Assembly: GCA_021613535.1 (NCBI GenBank)
Contig: CP075497.1
Span: forward strand, 11,780,001-11,844,000
Direction of reading: 5' to 3'
Origin: Adineta vaga
Taxonomy: Eukaryota; Animalia; Rotifera
Length of the DNA stretch: 64,000 nt
In this document: positions 24,664 to 37,224 of the stretch, piece after piece
Numbering within the stretch: the first letter of the stretch is position 1
How the letters are laid out: the number at the start of each line of letters is the position of its first letter
Position numbers and translations under genes: made by a program
Notes under the pieces: generated by a model
Told to the model about the DNA's origin: nothing
Database searches by the model: none
Seen by the model: only the letters and a program-made list of their open reading frames with translations

Positions 24664-25453
24664 TAATATTTTTACATCATACAAGAGTTTCAACCATTTG
24701 ATAAAACCGTGAATTAATGTTTATGAACAATACTATGCGTTTACTGAATGTAAATAAACGAATTTGAGGGTGTGTTTGTGAAGATATCTATTTTTCTTGA
24801 TCTTCTCGTAACAAATGAATACGAATTAATATATATGGATACATAGTTTCAAATGATTTTTGTAAATAATTATTGAAATTATCGTATCAAATACTCAGAT
24901 TCATCTTCTAATTAAGATCATCAAAGGACAAGCACATGTTGTCTTCACTGTGTTGCATTCTATAGATGAAAGCAAAAAAACTGTCAAGACACTTTTAAAT
25001 CACATCAATGTCTATCTCTTCCATTTATTACAGTAGCCGAGCGGAAGTAATGAAGAAAAATATTTTCTATTTTCAATAATAACAATAGAATTTAGTTTGG
25101 CATACTTTCATCACTTTATCATAAAATTGAAGTTTTATTATTACATACACTTTAAGTTTGAATAATAGATTTCTACCATTTACCTTTTCGAACCAACAAG
25201 TTATTGATAAGCGATATTTCTCTTTTTCTTTTATGAGATGTTCAGGGGTGACTTATTTAAATATTTTAACTTCCTTTAACATATTCTTTTCTATGCTAGT
25301 TGCATTAAGATTTTATATTTTACTCTATGCTCGTATATTGTTTCTCAGATTGCTCCGAACTCTTCTTCATCATTTCATTTTTATATCATACTTTTTAAAA
25401 TATTATTCTATAACCAGGTTTTAGATTATTTCAATCATTCTATACATTAACAT

Positions 25454-26522
25454 ATGTCATCATCATTAATCTCCATACTTAATAATATAACACAACAATA
25501 TAGAGCTTATAGTAACATTCTCATTTTCATTATTGGAATGATTAGTCATTTCAGTAATATCATTGTATTTTTGACATTACATTGTTTTCGAAGAAATCAA
25601 TCAGCTTTCTATTTTATTGTTGAGTCAGTTTCGAATATTGGATTGTTTCTTATTATTTTCCCAGGAGTGCATTATTATGATTTTACTGGCATCAGTATAA
25701 CCTCTATCTCACTCTTCTGGTGTAAATTTTTGGCTTCTGTTTCTGAAATATTTGGCTTTATTTCATTATTTACCATTTGTTTTCAAACATTTGATCAATT
25801 CTTATCAACAAATCCTCGACCAAGTTATCGACAAATCAGTTCATTGAAATTAGCTCATCGATCTATCCTTTGTATTGTCTGTTTTGTTATTCTACACAGC
25901 ATCGCTTCTTTTGTTCTAATGGATATTCAATCTTCTGCTGGATGTGGAGTATATAATGCAGCAGCGATTATTTACTATTCCCATTTCTATTATCCAATTT
26001 TGAGCAGTGCTCTACCATTAGTCATCGCTGTTACCTTTAGCTCATTAGCCTATCGTAATGTTCGTCGAATTGTGCGAAGACAAATTCCTGTTGTTCGTCG
26101 TCGATTAGATCGACAACTGACATTGATGGTATTAACACGTGTTGTGAGTCTTATTCTGCTTGGTTTACCCTACATTATCTATAGTATCTATCGATTAAAA
26201 CTTCAAGCGACCGATGACAATCAATTGGAAATGGCTGTAGCTAGTTTAGTAGGTGCTATTGTATATTCATTGTTATATTTGAATTTTGCAGTAAGATATA
26301 ATTTTATTTGAACCTTATAACTGATCATTGGTCGTTTAGATGAGCTTCTATCTGTTTCTGATTGTTTCCAGTCGATTTCGCCGACAAGTGAAACATGGAA
26401 TAGTGAAGAAATGTTGGACATGGCTGCTTAATTTATGTCAGAGAGACAATATGGGAAGAAGTAGAAATCAAATTAATCCAGAGACGGTTCATGAAACAGT
26501 ATCAGATGTTGAATCTATTTAA
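25454..26522 (+). CDS. Rhodopsin-like GPCR (cluster copy 2), 2 exons
   Basis: Paralogue of copy 1 with a near-identical 3' half. Confidence 0.9.
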
Positions 26523-27689
26523 TAATTTATATATAGAGATAACGGAGATATGATTATAGTCACGCTTACATTCTTGCTTTCTAGAATATTTTCATGTATT
26601 TTACTTGGGAGTTAGTTTTTTAGTTTATTAAAAAAATTACAAACATAATCCATTCTTCTTTTGAATCGATCATTGAGAAGCAAATGCATGGTCGAATAAC
26701 ATTTAACAAGAACGCGGAGAAGAAAACCCGTGAGAATTCTCACGTACTTGACTTCGTTGTTTGATTCATGTAGAAAAAAAGGGTATTCTGTGTATTTTTA
26801 ATCATAAATTGATTGAAGAAGAACCGGTTTATATGATATTTCAAAATATAATAGAAAAATTATCATTTTACGAGGTCATAAACAATAAAAGATGCATTAT
26901 TCTACTTTTCTCTCCATGATGATATGATTCATTAGTATTTAAATAACTGATTGCTTAAGACAATATATAGGAAAAGCATTATGAACACACAGTACATCCT
27001 TCTCGGTCATTGAAATTGAATGTCATATCAAACAACCTGTTATGTAAAATAATTTATATTGTTTTTCAAGGAACTATCAGAATTTTTACTATTATTTTGA
27101 CAGAATATATTTAAATTCATGTGAGTTTTAGAATTTATAGTAAAAGGAAGTACGTCAAAAATCTTAGACATCGTTCAAGAAGTTTACTATATTGAATTCT
27201 ATGGAAATAATGATAGAAAGTCAGATCACGCGTTATATCGTGGAAAATGTATTAAAATCCATGAATTAAGTTCTATTTTATCCCATCTTTGACTACATAA
27301 GGAGTATCTATTGAATTATACAATAATGGTTCATTCGATTGACTTTCCTAAATGATGATTACAAATAAATCAATTGATAGTTCATTCATTTCAACGATAA
27401 ATCGTTGTTTTTAAGTTCGAGAATCAGTCTTTTATGAAGTAAATCATCTCGGATAAACTGTTCTAGATTTTAATGCTAAATATGTATTGTTGTTTTTCAA
27501 TTAAGAAGATTTCTCTTCAATATTCAATATTTATTCTTGTTGAAAAAATTATTTTATTCCCTCAAGTTTGTCACTTTCTTGACAAAAGTGGGCGAACTGT
27601 CAAAATAAATTTCTTCCAAATTTCATTTCGATAGTTTGTGAAGACAATGACGAGAAATCTTATGAAATACTTATTTTCAAAGTGAGCTG

Positions 27690-28070
27690 TCATGTCATTA
27701 AATATCACCTTCTTTACTCTACGACCTACAACAATGATATTCATCTTTGGAATGATTGCAAATATTATTTTTTTCAACACATTTTCATCAATTTCTCACT
27801 GCTATTAATGACATGTATAGAAGAGCAAATTTTTAACGACACTCTTTTGATCTGTCTTCACTTTATACGATCTACTTCTTTATTTTGCATAATACATTCG
27901 TTTTTATCTTAACTGAATTTCGATCATCTATTAGATGTAAAATATTCAGTGTACTAATCAACTTCGCACGTATTGTGAGTTTTATTCTACTTGATTCATC
28001 GTATATTGTCTATCTATCAATGACAGACAATAATCAATTATGTTCAATCTGTATTATATGTATTTAATGT
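27690..28070 (+). pseudogene. Heavily deleted GPCR relic
   Basis: Fragments IFIFGMIANI, ILHNTFVFILTEFRSS..C.I, ARIVSFILL..YIVY and TDNNQL match the neighbouring GPCRs, but the ~1.07 kb gene is reduced to ~0.4 kb. Confidence 0.7.
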
Positions 28071-28555
28071 ACAAGTATAACTAATAATATTTCATATTCA
28101 TATCTGATAACGGAAGAAACTGAACATAAAAAGGAGACGTTACTTATGAAACATCAAGGATGACAAATAAATGTCATTCTAATCATCATTAACGGTCGAG
28201 TGATACTACTGAGAATGTTTCATCTTTTTCTTTCGTAGTCTTTAATATCATTAGGAAACATTTTAAAATGTTATTATATCAGATTCGTATTACCGTTGAC
28301 ATGGATAGAAAAGAAAATGCTTCTTTTTTTCTTTTAGATATTATTCTATGCAGAGCAAAAAACACGCTTCAATGTCTAAAATGATGTATGCAAATGAAAG
28401 ATCAAAGAATTCATCGCGATCCATTTACTTCAATTAATCTATTTAACAAAAATCATGAAGGTTTCAAAGAATTATTTAGCAAAACAGGGAAGTAAATGAT
28501 CATTTTGTTTTTTGGAAAAATAGAGATAAAATATAAAACAACAAGTGTTCAGAAG

Positions 28556-29622
28556 ATGTCAACATTTCAAATAGTACAACTCATTGACAATATAACCAAT
28601 TCCTATGAATTGTATTCGAGTAGCATTATTTTATTTGTTGGAACAATTAATAATGTTTTACTTTTCCTAATCTTTACTAAATTACGTATCTTTCGTGGTA
28701 ATCAATGTGCTTATTATTTAAAAATTGGATCCATTACTGATATGAGTGTTTTACTCGCTACTTTACCAACTAATGTCATCGGTCAGATATTACATGCGAA
28801 TTAACAGCACGGAGTATAGTGTGGTGTAAGCTTCAACTCATGTGGTCATATAGTTGTGGTTTTTATTCGCTTTATATAATATGTTTTCTTGCTTTTGATC
28901 AGTATTTATCAACAAATCATCGTCAAAGTTGGCGACAAAAAAGTACAATTAAATTAGCTCATTGTTTAATATTTCTAAATTTAACTTTTGCATTATTCCA
29001 TGGAACACTTTTTCTTATTTTTGGAGAAAATGGTATAGCAGGATGTACTATCTATAATAGTATAGCAAGCCGTTATTTTACATTCTTTTATTATCCAATA
29101 TTAAGCGGTATTCTTCCATTGATTATTAGTGGTGTGTTTAGTTTATTAGCTTATCGAAATGTTCGTCGAATTGTTCGAAGACAAGTACCAATTGTACGAC
29201 GTCGACTTGATCGTCAAATGACAGCAATGGCTTTGGCGAGAGTATTATGTATTATCATTTTAGGTGTACCATTTCTTTGTTACAGTCTCATTCAAGTGAA
29301 TACAATATATAGTATTCGAGATTCTGTGGGAAGATCTGTTCTCAAATTATCATCAGTTATTACATTTTCATTACTCTATGCAAATTATGCAGTAAGTTGT
29401 TTGTTTTGATCAGTTTGTAAAGAACTTTTGCTTCTATAGATTAGTTTCTATGTATTTTTATTCATTTCGCCAAGATATCGAAGTCAAGTGAAACATTTCT
29501 TGGTAAAGAAATGTTGGCGTCAATTAACACAATTATGTAGTGATAGATTAACCGTTCCAATGAATAATCGAATCGTACCAGATGTCGAACTGAACGATGC
29601 ATCTGTTGTCGAATCGATATAA
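28556..29622 (+). pseudogene. Rhodopsin-like GPCR with a single 1-nt frameshift at ~28801 (young pseudogene or sequencing error)
   Basis: GCGAATTAACAGCACGG: adding one T gives AAT TTA ACA GCA CGG AGT ATA GTG TGG TGT and joins the two ORFs. The rest of the gene and exon 2 are intact. Confidence 0.8.
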
Positions 29623-29861
29623 TTATTTACACATTGGATGAAAATCTGATTTTAAAGTTAGAAAAAGTATTTTCCTAATCTCTTTCTCGCTCATGTTGCG
29701 AGAAAGTTTAGATAAGGATAATATTAATTACGTAATTTCATCTCCGGAAACGTCTTGATAAAGTCACTTTTCCTATACTTATGTTAATGTAATAAATCTC
29801 TCTAACAAACGGTAAGATCATATTTCAAAAACATTTTTTTTTATTCAACAGCAAAGTCTAT

Positions 29862-30957
29862 ATGCATCACACGATAATGTCAATCGATCCTGCCATTTAT
29901 CGAATAGAAGACCTTACTAGAACGTATATATTCTACAGTAGTTTAATCAATTTAGTTATTGGCACTTTCAGTAATATTCTCGTTATGTTAGTTTTTCTAA
30001 CTGCTCGGATATTTCGAAGAAATCAATGTGTATTCTATTTAATCGTCGAATCTATAGCGAATATTGGTTTAATCTTCGCATATCTTCCATTTAATATTGC
30101 TGGTGAAATTATAGGACAAAGCCCTGCTCAACTTTCATTGATCTGGTGTAAGGTTCAATTAACAAGTTGTTACGTATTTGGTTTATGTTCACTTTTAACC
30201 ATATGTTTCCTTTCATTTGATCAGTATTTATCGACGAATTATCGACAACAATGGAGACAAATGAGTACCATTCAATTAGCACATCGTTTGACTTTCGGGA
30301 ATATTTGTTTTGCGATTTTACATAATATTCTTTTTCTTATATTTTCGGAAATTGGTAAATTAGGATGCGCGATTTATAATCCAATTGTAAAGATTTATTT
30401 CAAAGTTTTCTTTTATCCAGTCTTAAGCGGTTTTCTACCGGGGATCATCTTAATTATATTAAGTTTTCTGACTTATCGAAATGTTCAATGGTTTCGACGA
30501 AGACGATTAGTGATTATACGTCGCCGATTTCATCGTCAAATAACAGCAATAGCTCTTGCAAAAGTAATATGTACTATTATATTAGGTTTACCATTTCTTG
30601 GAACGGCTCTATATGAATTTAATTTGAATAATAATGAAGCAGATGAAAAGACATTAGCGATTTATAAATTATTATCAGCAGTAGCACATTCATTATTGTA
30701 TATCAATTATTCAGTAAGTACAATAAAAAGATTTGGAAACTGTGAAAAGAAATTTTAATTCGATTTTTTAGTGCAATTTTTATGTATTTTTGTTTATTTC
30801 ATCACGATTTCGTCATCAAGCGAAACAATTTTTTGTAAAGAAATGTTGGTATCATTTAACACGAATGCCAAGTTATCGATTAACATTGTCAAGAAGCAAT
30901 CGTATAGTACCGGAAACTAATCTGAGAATTGCAACTATCGTCGAATCAATATCATGA
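29862..30957 (+). CDS. Rhodopsin-like GPCR (last cluster copy), 2 exons
   Basis: 7TM; CFLSFDQYL; same TM7 intron; exon 2 CNFYVFLFISSRFRHQ. Confidence 0.9.
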
Positions 30958-31399
30958 AAATACAATGAACTAGTCGTTTGATTTTGTAATTAAATTTCAT
31001 TTAAAATAAAATAGATGATTGCAGAAATATCATAGTTTATATATGTTATTATTGCACAAAATCCCATTTCCTAACAGATGTTTCATGAATGTCAATTTAA
31101 ATATTTATTAGACACTTACTGACCTCTCTCATCTTTCTCATTGAATGGATATTATACTTTAACCATTTCTATTTAGTTGTACTTTGTGGGTATGAAGATC
31201 TTGAATAATCTATTCGCAATCCTATTGATATTTCCATGAAATTTCTTATAGATCAACATCGAATCTTTGTTCGACTTTCGTCCGAACGAATCATAAGACA
31301 ATCTTCACATACTTTGAATACCTTTTCTTTATTCGTCGTCTAGGGTTGAGATTGCTTCTTTTGTTTTCTAATTGATAACCTATCTCATCTCTTCTTTAG

Positions 31400-32713
31400 A
31401 TGTATTCTCTCGGTATTGATATTGGAACAACTTCTTGTAAATTATGTGTTGTTTCATCCAATGAACAAAATCGTACTATTTTCTCAGAACAACTGACTCA
31501 TCATGCTCATATTCTTCAAAACGAGTTTCCTTCATACGATGAACAATCTTCCATGAAAATTTTGGAAATTGTTCAGACTCTTTTAAAGAAATCAGGTAGT
31601 TTGAAAGATGATTCATCGATAAAATCAATTCAAATCTGTGGTCAAATGCATGGCTTCATTCTTTGGTCGTCGAAATCACCGCGAACGATTGTTTCTTCAC
31701 TTGTTACATGGCAAGATCAACGATGTTCAAATGAATTTCTTTCCTCACTTGGTTCATCATTAACACATCTACGAACAGGTTATGGTTTAGCAACTTTATT
31801 ATGGTTAATCGAACAACAAAAAGGCAAAGATGATGATTTATTGAAATATGATCGAGCAGGAACTATTGCTGATTATGTTGCCACGATTCTTTGCGATGAT
31901 GAAATAACAAATAAATCACAAATATCAACTCAAATGGCAACGAGTTGGGGTGCAGTTGATAATAAATGGCCTGTTGAACATCGTTTATTACCAGAAATTG
32001 TTGAACCTGGTACAACTATTGGTTATTATAAAAAGACAATTCCGATTTATGTTGCACTTGGTGATTTACAATGTTCAGTATTTAGTTGTCAACCAGCAAG
32101 AAACGAAGGAATTATTAATATTTCAACATCAGCACAATTAGCTTTAGTTATTGATAAACTATCTTCCAATTCTTCTCAAATTCAAGGTGATAATCTTTTA
32201 TCATCCATGCGTGTTCCTTATTTTCAATCGAAAGATTTATTAGTCGCTGCTTCACTCAATGGTGGAAATATTCTTTCTGCTTTTGTTCATCTAGTACATT
32301 CATGGACTTCATCATTAAATAATGATCAGTCCTTCGATATGCTTTGGTCCCGTTTAATTCAACTTGGTCTTCAATCAACAACAACAATAGATAATATATC
32401 TGCTGCTCTTTTTGGTGAACGACATGATCAATCGATGTCTGCTTCAATAACAAATATTCGTTCGATTCATATGTCTCAATTGAATGATATTGGTTGTGTA
32501 TTTCGTTCGATATGTCATTGGATTATAAAGAACTTGTTTGAAATGTTAGAAAAAGATTCTTCAACAATCAAAGGGATTATTGGAACGGGTAGTGCATTGA
32601 TGAGAAATGGTGTTTTACAACGAGAACTTCGAGAAAGAGTTCAGTGTGAAGTGAAATTTAATGAACATTCCGATGCGGCTTATGGTTCTGCTCTATTTGC
32701 TTTGATACAATAA
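31400..32713 (+). CDS. SHPK: Sedoheptulokinase (FGGY carbohydrate kinase family), intronless
   Basis: LGIDIGTTSCK, GQMHG, TWQDQRC, GYGLATL, ALGDLQCSV, NISTSAQL, AASLNGGN, GERH. Confidence 0.88.
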   Translation: MYSLGIDIGTTSCKLCVVSSNEQNRTIFSEQLTHHAHILQNEFPSYDEQSSMKILEIVQTLLKKSGSLKDDSSIKSIQICGQMHGFILWSSKSPRTIVSSLVTWQDQRCSNEFLSSLGSSLTHLRTGYGLATLLWLIEQQKGKDDDLLKYDRAGTIADYVATILCDDEITNKSQISTQMATSWGAVDNKWPVEHRLLPEIVEPGTTIGYYKKTIPIYVALGDLQCSVFSCQPARNEGIINISTSAQLALVIDKLSSNSSQIQGDNLLSSMRVPYFQSKDLLVAASLNGGNILSAFVHLVHSWTSSLNNDQSFDMLWSRLIQLGLQSTTTIDNISAALFGERHDQSMSASITNIRSIHMSQLNDIGCVFRSICHWIIKNLFEMLEKDSSTIKGIIGTGSALMRNGVLQRELRERVQCEVKFNEHSDAAYGSALFALIQ

Positions 32714-32773
32714 TCTTCGCTTTTGTTTCAAGTTAATTTTACTTTTAGATAGAAAAAAAAAGAAGTTTTTTTA

Positions 32774-34876
32774 ATGCCGGACGAAGAAGAAATGATTGAT
32801 GTGATTGTTGTTGGAGCAGGAATATCAGGTCTTTATGCTGCTTATCGAATAAAACAAAAAGCACCACATTTAACTGTACTTGTTCTCGAAGCGAAAGGTA
32901 AAATATAGAATAAGAATTCAATGATTTCATTTGAATTAAAGATCGAGTTGGTGGTCGAACATTAACGGTCGATTTAAAATCATCTCACGAAGAGAATATC
33001 ACAGATCGATTCGATTTAGGTGGTCAATGGGTTACCGAGTAAGATTATCATTCGTCAAAACAAACATTCCATTCGTATATTTTAGTACTCAAGTGAATAT
33101 AACTTCACTGCTTCAAGAATTACAATTGGAAACCTATGAACAATATCATACCGGTAAAAGTATTGCAGAATTACATCGTCGTATTCGACAATATTCCTTA
33201 TCCATGCCATTTGTTTCTTTACTTTCATTTCTTGAAAGTATTTACAATGTGTTTCGAGTAAAGAAAAAACGAGCGTCTTTCATTGTTTAAAAGAAAAGTA
33301 CTTTTATTGTAGCTTGAAAGTTTAGCAGCAAATGTTCAGAAATGGAATCCAATGAAGACAAGAAATGCTGATTATCTTGATCGACATACATTTGCACATT
33401 TAATGAGACCATGGATAAATAATAGTATGTATTTATATCATTGAGAATGTCTTTTACTTTAATGATTGAATAGGTATGAATCCATTGATGACTGCAGCGA
33501 TTCGAACTGTATTTGGTTGTGAACCAGAACAATTGAATGCTCTATTTGGATTAACTTATGCTCAAGCAGGTGGAGGATTTATGAGATTAACATTAAGTGA
33601 ACCTGGATGTGCACAGGAAAAGAAAATTAAAGTAAAAAACTTAAAATTGATCTCTTATGTAATGATTAGTTTCATGATGAATTCTAGGGTGGATCACAAC
33701 AAGTATCAGAATTACTTGTGGAAAAGATTGGAAGAGATAAAGTTCTCTTAGAAACACCTGTTCAAAAGATTGTACAGAATGAAGATGGTTCGTACGATTT
33801 GAATGCAATGAATATATATCACATGTACTGTTTTAGGTACTGTTGTCATTACTACAATTGGAAATCAAACTACATTTCAATGTCGTAAAGTTATTCTAGC
33901 CATTCCACCGTCACAAATCGGTGAGTTTGATTCGTGTAAGGTTTATGTATATTGAGTGTTTTGATTAGTTCCAATTCAATTCGAACCGATGTTACCTGGA
34001 TATAAACGGGAAATGTTGAAACATATGCCTATTGGTAGTTATTTGAAATTTATTTTTACTTTTGATAAGGTATGTTCATTATATCCTTCTAAATAATTTC
34101 AAGTTTAATTTGAAATTTATCTAGGCATTTTGGCGAGAAGATGGTCTCAGTGGTGAAGTTATTAGTGATGGAAGTTTTGCTCCACTTGGACTTTCGATTG
34201 GTCCAATGACATGTAAATAACTGTAAAACTAGTACAATACATTGAGATGATGTTTGTATATAGATCTTATTGATGGAACCACATCACATGGTACGCCCGC
34301 TCTATTAGGATTTATTGGTGGTCGATGTGCATCTGTATGGACAAGTGTAACACGTGAAGAACGACGTAAAGGTTTACTTGAATGTCTCTCGAGATATTTC
34401 GGTGGTCAGAAAATTACCGCACATTTAATTGAATATGCTGAAAAAGATTGGAATCTTGAACCGTATTCTGGTGGATGTCCTTGTCATAATGCGACTACTG
34501 GTTCAATGAAAGATTTTGTAGATGGTTTAAGAAAACCATATAAAAATCTTCATTTTGCTGCAACAGAAACAGCTACTCAATGGATGGGATATATGGATGG
34601 TGCAGTTGATGCAGGACGACGTACAGCATCAGAAGTTATAGTTGCACTTCGTCCAGAAGATCAACCTAAAGATGATGATATTGATGAGTATACATTTGAG
34701 AATCAAAGTAATGCATTTCTGTTTTTGTTAATTGAGACAACTTGATTTTTTTCTTATTAGATCGTAAATATCAACATTATCGTATTCCACGTTCACCATT
34801 TTATTATGCAATTCCAATTATAATCGTCTCTCTTGCTGCATTATCTAAAATTTTCTTTCCCAAAATTTTTTCGTGA
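32774..34876 (+). CDS. Flavin-containing amine oxidase (MAO-like), multi-exon, C-terminal TM anchor
   Basis: DVIVVGAGISGL..VLEAKDRVGGRT, DLGGQWV, SGGC, HFAATETATQWMGYMDGAV; hydrophobic tail. Confidence 0.9.
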
Positions 34877-34963
34877 TAGTGACTCTTTTTTTTAAATGTA
34901 TTTCAGTGTTTTGATTAGAAAAACGTCAATAAAAAAAAATACTTTTTTAGATTAATAAAAATA

Positions 34964-36369
34964 ATGACGGGTCTATTCGTACGACATTTATGGTCGGGTT
35001 TAACGTCTTCATCGTTTCTTCGTCCATCTATTCAGATTCAACCATCAATACGAACGAAAATGGTTCGACGAGTTAATCGACATCGAGTACCAACACATAC
35101 TAAGCCGAGTGATAGCTGGATACAAAAAAAAACAGTGTACGTATTGAATAAAATGACTTATTCGATGATATATTTGGTGAGTTTATATTTTAGAACACGG
35201 AATCTTGAAGCTGATGCGGTTTATGACGATGAATTTGCAAAGAGAAAACCAGTTGATAAAGTTTGGTTAGTTAAAGAATATCCAGTTCGACCATGGCCAT
35301 TGGGACAAGTTCTACAATGGCATCGAGAAATGGCACAACCGAAAATGCTCAATTCAATGGATTCATTTCTATGGGCACGATTAAAACTTGACATGACAAC
35401 TGCGAAAAAGACGAAATTTATTGAAAATGTCAAAGGTCTCGTTACATTTCCTCATTATTTCGAAGATCGACCACGTAAAAATGTTGTTCTCTTCTGTCGC
35501 GTAAGATTATCTACTTTCTATTCTTACATGTCTTCTAAAATAATATCCTTCTTCTCTAGCTTCCAGAACATATGAAAGCTGCTGGTAAGAATTTCTTTCA
35601 TTATTTCTACGAATAAAAATTCTCGACCGTTTTTAGAAAAATATGGTGCTTACATGTTCGGTTATACCGATGTTATCAAGCAGGTATAAATAAATGTCAA
35701 TCCATTATGTTCTGTTTTACGAATCATGTTTATTCTAGTTTGAACGTGGTGATGTCACTGATACAAATTATGAATATGTCTTGTGTGCACCTGATGTCTA
35801 TGCAGATATTTTACATTTGCGAAAAAAAATCTCAAAAGATAAATTTCCTAATCCTCAATACGGTTTGATATTCGCAAAGAAGACTGAATGATTAGAAAAA
35901 AAACTGAAACTTTTATTTTGTAGGTAGCCTTCATCCAAATGTTGATAAAATGTTAGAAAAATTTATCCGTGGAAAAGAGTATCAATCCGCTAAATATGAA
36001 GAAGCTCGTGGAATCGTTGAACTTCGATTTGGTATTGTAAGTTTTATTCATTTCATTGATTTAAATTTTGAATAAAAAACTCGATTTTAGATCAATATGT
36101 CTGATCAACAGTTAACTGAAAATTTTCAAGCTCTTGTTGAACAATTGACTACTCACTCTCAAACAAAAGCAGGTCCATTTGTTGTTGGATCTTCAGTATA
36201 TTGTCCGCCATCCACAGAAGAATTTCGAGTTGATGTGACACCATTCCTTCCTGATGAAGAAGATGTACTTGAAAAGAAAGAATCTGCTAAACAAGTTGTT
36301 GATGATTTAATTAAAAAGACGACACCAGATATTGGAGATGATTTACTTAAATCATCAGCAAAAAAATAA
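34964..36369 (+). CDS. MRPL1: Mitochondrial ribosomal protein L1, multi-exon
   Basis: Arg/Ser-rich presequence; LKLDMT..GLVTFPHYF..NVVLFC; FPNPQYGSL; NMSDQQLTENF, as in uL1m. Confidence 0.8.
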
Positions 36370-36526
36370 ATATTCTAGAAGAATTACAAAGATCTTGTTT
36401 GTGTTTGTTTTCTAGATATTAATCGAATAAAATATTCGTACTCGATAACCTTTCCATATTCGTCTTTTGTTTTTGTCCTTTCTCTTCGTCATATGAGACC
36501 ATCAAATAGTCGAATACATCGCTCGA

Positions 36527-37224
36527 ATGCATAAAGTCATTGCAGCTGCAATTGATTCAAATATTCTTTCCGCCTCGGAATCATTCATTGATCAATGTTG
36601 TACAAATAACGTTGAATATGCTCGAAATTATGACAAGAAAATTTATGATGTTAGAGCACCACCTTCGAAACATTTAGCTGTTGTATGTTGCATGGATGCA
36701 CGTTTAGATGTCTTTCGAATTCTTGGATTACAACCTGGTGAAGCACATATTATTCGAAATGGTAAATTCAATTCTTAAGATATTGATTTGCATTTAAAAT
36801 TTCTTTTAAGGTGGTGGTCGAATTCGTGATGCTGTTCGTTCACTTATTTGCAGTCAAACATTGCTACAAACAAAAGAAGTGATGATTATTCATCATACAG
36901 ATTGTGGTTTTACGTATTTTTCAGATAATGATCAAGTGATCACTGCACTTAAAGTAGATTTAAAATATTCATGTTTTCTTTATTCTCTGCATATGTATTT
37001 AGATACAACCTGGCACTAAAGTAGGTGTTCTACCTGTTTTTCAAACTATACCAAGTCAAGTATCAGCAACTGATCGACCAGATTTTATGCCAATTGCAGA
37101 TTTAGAACAATCAATTCGAGATGATATGGCTGAATATAAACAATATCCAATGCTTAATCAAAATGTGACTGTACGAGGATTTTTATATGATACAAAAACA
37201 GGTTCACTCAAAGAAATCAAATAG
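36527..37224 (+). CDS. Beta-class carbonic anhydrase (clade D / Rv1284-like), 3 exons
   Basis: [27 protein letters not shown]|[24 protein letters not shown] (CxDxR and HxxC zinc ligands); [16 protein letters not shown]. Confidence 0.9.
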
